From a virus (lineage: Duplodnaviria; Heunggongvirae; Uroviricota; Caudoviricetes), in the IMG/VR virus record IMGVR_UViG_2778261163_000009: 40,609 nt of DNA; one strand, 5' to 3'. Every line of letters starts with the position of its first letter. Position 1 is the stretch's first letter. Of this stretch, positions 37,141 to 40,609 are shown one piece after another. The translations under genes were made by a program, and so were the position numbers. The notes beneath the pieces are model-generated. The model searched no databases. It worked only from the letters and a program-made list of their open reading frames with translations, and was not told the DNA's origin.

Positions 37141-38907
37141 TTATGGTAGCATCATTGATACATAATCCACACCAATCCTTGAGCTATACTGAGACGCTAT
37201 AGCCTGATATCTTTCTGCATAACCAGTTCTCAGTTGAGATTTAAGTTTGAGTCGGACAGGAACATTTTGCACGTTGCCATCCATATTACTTAAAAACACG
37301 GCAGAAATAATATTTTTTTCTTCGCCATCAACTGTTGTTCCATGATTCAACACCACCATATAATCAACAACAGGAAGCGTTTTATCCCCTTCGAAAATAG
37401 AGAGATATTTTCTTTGATTTTTATGCATTACATATATATATTTCGAATGTTCAGCAAATGGCAATGCTTTACTCTGACTGGCGTTAAAAAGCTCCAGAAC
37501 TTTAATGAGCCTGTGCGGACTTAATCTTACATGGTGAGGGTCGTTACCCTGAGTAGGAACCAAATCACATGCCGCAGATACACATAAATACCATTTGTTC
37601 GACTCTGTATCAAAGAAAATAGTGCCAGTAGAAATATGACCATCTTCAAAATTCTTTGAAGACAAATTCATATTTAAAGCATGATACATTTCGTGATAAG
37701 TATCATTATTTGATGGCAGATCCATTTTTGAAGAGCAATATTGGAGCAATGCAGCAACTCCGCTGTTAGCGTATTCATTTGAATAGCTATCAAAAACACT
37801 TTTGATAAATTCATCCAGCGTATTATTATTTTTAAGTCTTTGATAAAGCTCTTCTGATAAATTACCAAATACAAAGTCAATATTTCTACATCTAATATCA
37901 GGCGAGTCTGATTTTAATATCTCATTTAACCACGCAGCTTGACCGTAATGATCGTTAGCCAAATGATTTACAAAAGATAAAGCCTCAGCTTCGATTGCAT
38001 TCTGAATTTCAGATTTTATTAACTGATAATAAGATGGTTTCCATTCAATGAGAGAATCATTGAGAGTTTGCCAAATCCTATCTCCATCGTTTTCATGATC
38101 ATCTTGAACCTTATGAAATAGGGAGACAAAGATATTACCACATTGAATCCATTTTACTCCGCTTTCATCACCCCGAATGACATTGCCAGATGTGTTGCTA
38201 GAAATAATTGCATTTCTAGACACAGCATATTCTGCAATCATTTTTGCAATGAAGTTTTTATCCTTTTGATCCTCCAACACAGCATCATCATGTATTAATC
38301 TTTTAATTCTTCTACAAGGCTTACTGTCTTTAATATAGGCTATTGTTTCATCTCTTGTGAGAGCTTTATTACCATTATCATTTAAGTTCGGTAATACAAC
38401 GTCTTCCCAATAACTTTGGACATCTTCATTATCGTAGTCAATGATCAAGCTGTTGATATCCAGAGCACCTTTGAGAGTCGATGATATCTGCATCCAAACC
38501 GTTTCTAAATTCTCTCTAGTATATATTACAATCATATTTAAATGATCGGAGTCTTTCAAATCTTGTAATAGTTTAAGTGTTTTATCAGGTGCATTATTAT
38601 CAAGATGATAATCTACAATAATAAGATCTGATTTTCTAATCCGATCCACATCGAAATTAACAGAACCATTGTCAACATCACAAATCATATTTTTAGATTG
38701 AAAAAAGCTCTCAAGAGTAGCGGCTCGTTTAGATGAGTCAATTTTGTTGTAGTCTAAATCAACTTCGTTATTCAACGCCCTGATTGATTCAGAATACGTC
38801 AGAAAATCGTCATCAATCATGACAACGGAACGAATTGCATTTTCGCAGAAAGTTTTCTGGACAAGAGAATTATAATTTGCCACTGTCATATTAGAACTCC
38901 ACTCCAT
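37141..38907 (-). CDS. Response-regulator receiver domain protein with a large uncharacterised C-terminal output domain
   Basis: 588 aa; N-terminal receiver-like motifs VVMIDDD (acidic pocket), DLIIVDYHL (phospho-acceptor Asp), MIVIYT (Thr); about 430 aa of unassigned C-terminal sequence; start overlaps the upstream kinase gene by 17 nt. Confidence 0.55.
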   Translation of the reverse strand: MEWSSNMTVANYNSLVQKTFCENAIRSVVMIDDDFLTYSESIRALNNEVDLDYNKIDSSKRAATLESFFQSKNMICDVDNGSVNFDVDRIRKSDLIIVDYHLDNNAPDKTLKLLQDLKDSDHLNMIVIYTRENLETVWMQISSTLKGALDINSLIIDYDNEDVQSYWEDVVLPNLNDNGNKALTRDETIAYIKDSKPCRRIKRLIHDDAVLEDQKDKNFIAKMIAEYAVSRNAIISSNTSGNVIRGDESGVKWIQCGNIFVSLFHKVQDDHENDGDRIWQTLNDSLIEWKPSYYQLIKSEIQNAIEAEALSFVNHLANDHYGQAAWLNEILKSDSPDIRCRNIDFVFGNLSEELYQRLKNNNTLDEFIKSVFDSYSNEYANSGVAALLQYCSSKMDLPSNNDTYHEMYHALNMNLSSKNFEDGHISTGTIFFDTESNKWYLCVSAACDLVPTQGNDPHHVRLSPHRLIKVLELFNASQSKALPFAEHSKYIYVMHKNQRKYLSIFEGDKTLPVVDYMVVLNHGTTVDGEEKNIISAVFLSNMDGNVQNVPVRLKLKSQLRTGYAERYQAIASQYSSRIGVDYVSMMLP

Positions 38908-40609
38908 TGAACTGGATCACAAAATTAGCGCCATCTTTTATTAAATAGTTATCGCCTTCATCAGGTTCTGAATACCATATTTTATGATGTGCAACAGCAA
39001 GGTTTTCTCGACATAGATACAGACCTACCCCATGTCCATTTGCTCTTTTGCTATAAAATAGTTCAAATAGTCGCGGGATATCATCGGTATCAATTGCCGG
39101 ACCAGAATTTGCTATGATAACCAAAGAATTCACAAAACCAATCTTTATGAGCCTATTATTTGACAGACTGACCCAATACATTGCATTGTTGATAATATTA
39201 GTAAAAACAGGATAGATCCTTGATGGTATATCTGTTATTGCGATTTGCTTAAACTCTTCACTAAATTCAATAGTTATTCGTTGCCGTTCGAAACGCTCCC
39301 CAAAGAACTTCAGGACATAATCCATGATATTTTTTCCAGTTATTCTCTGCCTGGATTGATAACCTGATATTTTCAAAGGTGATAAGAAACGTATTTGTTG
39401 AGTAAGCGATCTGTGAGCATTTAACGCCAATGAAAAACCAGGGTGTTCTTTTACAGAAGTAGGAAGAGAGTTTAGTCCTCTGGTTACCATAGAATCCATT
39501 TCTTCAAGTTCATGAGATATTATCTCAACACTAATACCTAACTGTGCAAGCGCGTTTAAACTTTTAGCTTTTTCTTCAAAATATGAGCGTTCTTCTTCAG
39601 ATAATGAGAATGCTGAATCTAAGTTTATACCTTCAAATAATCTATCGAGACCTTTTATTATTGATTGATATTTGAAAGTTAGGGTATCAACTGACTCAAC
39701 ATATAAACTATCGAGCAAATTAAACACATTTTCAATTTGTGAATCATTATCTATTGAATCAACAACTGATATAGTTTTAGCATAATAATCACTTCGATCA
39801 ACCTTTATTTCATCGGCCCATTTTTTTAAAAGAGAATGTATCTTCTCCTCTATCGTGTTATTAAACTTAGTTAGTTTAGAATTAATAATACCTTGATTTT
39901 TTTCAAGGTGATTTTTCGCTGACAATGAAGGCTCAAGTTTATTTAATTCAGAATCAAGTTTATTAATTGCTAACTTCATTTGTAGAATATACGCAGAGAA
40001 CTCATTAAATTTATCTCTGTAGTCTCTATATTTCTCTTCATACATTCCAAGTTTTGGAGGTTTGATAGGCGTTTTAATTTCACTGCGCAACGCATCTAAG
40101 TTTGTAAGATCACTGTCTATAATTTTAAGATAGTTTAAATCTAACGAACCATCAGTTTTATCAAGCTTAGTTTTCAGCCTTTTAACAGCCTCCAAGGAAG
40201 CATCAAGAACTGGTGTCTGATTCTTCAAAGCTTCTGAAAAACTTTTTTGTGTTGATTTTCGAGCTTGTTGTTGAGCAGATTTTCTTAACTCTTTTTCACG
40301 CTTAACTTGTTCTAAAAGCTCTTTACGGTCATCAGAACGTGAACCAAAAAATCTATCAGCAAGTTCAGTTAACAAATTAGATATAATAGTTTTCAGTTCT
40401 CTTGCAGCCTGGTTTCTTATGAATCCCTCTCTCCCCGACTTATCTTTCAGCTCTTTATTACTGGATTGAGTAATTCCAATATAACCAAAAATCCTTCTAT
40501 TAGACCAATAATATCGCCCTGCATTCCATGAACGTCTTTCTTCTATCTGGAAGAAATCATTATCTACTCGACCATAAGGTAATACTCTCAAGCTATCCCT
40601 AAAAATCAT
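38891..40609 (-). CDS. Histidine kinase (HisKA + HATPase_c), probably N-terminally truncated by the window edge
   Basis: H-box EIISHELEEMD; ATP-binding N box FTNIINNAMYW, G1 NSGPAID, G2 GHGVGL; long coiled-coil region upstream; ORF runs to the last base of the window. Confidence 0.65.
   Translation of the reverse strand: MIFRDSLRVLPYGRVDNDFFQIEERRSWNAGRYYWSNRRIFGYIGITQSSNKELKDKSGREGFIRNQAARELKTIISNLLTELADRFFGSRSDDRKELLEQVKREKELRKSAQQQARKSTQKSFSEALKNQTPVLDASLEAVKRLKTKLDKTDGSLDLNYLKIIDSDLTNLDALRSEIKTPIKPPKLGMYEEKYRDYRDKFNEFSAYILQMKLAINKLDSELNKLEPSLSAKNHLEKNQGIINSKLTKFNNTIEEKIHSLLKKWADEIKVDRSDYYAKTISVVDSIDNDSQIENVFNLLDSLYVESVDTLTFKYQSIIKGLDRLFEGINLDSAFSLSEEERSYFEEKAKSLNALAQLGISVEIISHELEEMDSMVTRGLNSLPTSVKEHPGFSLALNAHRSLTQQIRFLSPLKISGYQSRQRITGKNIMDYVLKFFGERFERQRITIEFSEEFKQIAITDIPSRIYPVFTNIINNAMYWVSLSNNRLIKIGFVNSLVIIANSGPAIDTDDIPRLFELFYSKRANGHGVGLYLCRENLAVAHHKIWYSEPDEGDNYLIKDGANFVIQFNGVEF

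Larger units (their letters stand above)
35220..40609. mobile_element. Second ssrA-associated genomic island (P4/CP4-57-type integrase island), continuing beyond the window
   Basis: A P4-family integrase lies directly after the ssrA 3' repeat, followed by AT-rich genes. Confidence 0.6.

Noticed and set aside
1-40609. CRISPR arrays, rRNA or IS elements
   Set aside because: No regularly spaced repeat-spacer arrays, no rRNA-like sequence, and no transposase-like ORFs with terminal inverted repeats were seen.

Overview
This window is a composite integration hotspot at the tmRNA gene (ssrA) of an enterobacterial, E. coli-like chromosome. An intact ssrA (40..402) is followed by a ~34.8 kb P2/186-family temperate myovirus prophage (about 403..35174), bounded by 45-bp direct repeats of the ssrA 3' end (358..402 and 35175..35219). 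Gene order is ogr-D-U-T-E/E'-FII-FI, a Pin/Gin-type invertase with an invertible tail-fibre segment, H-I-J-W-V-S-R, the lysis cassette, X-L-M-N-O, divergent P-Q, cos, a LexA-controlled DinI-like module, replication gene A, dam, and a 186-type cII-apl / cI-int lysogeny region. The prophage carries visibly AT-rich cargo at four positions: between attL and ogr, between Q and cos, between cos and the SOS module, and between int and attR. The last is a 585-aa P-loop kinase plus zinc-deaminase protein resembling the AvcD/dCTP-deaminase defence family. Beyond the right repeat begins a second island with a P4/CP4-57-type integrase, a small membrane protein, and a translationally coupled histidine kinase / receiver-domain gene pair whose 430-aa output domain I cannot assign. 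That pair, cut by the window edge, is my best candidate for an undescribed system. All calls rest on reading the sequence and recalled protein families; no database search was run.
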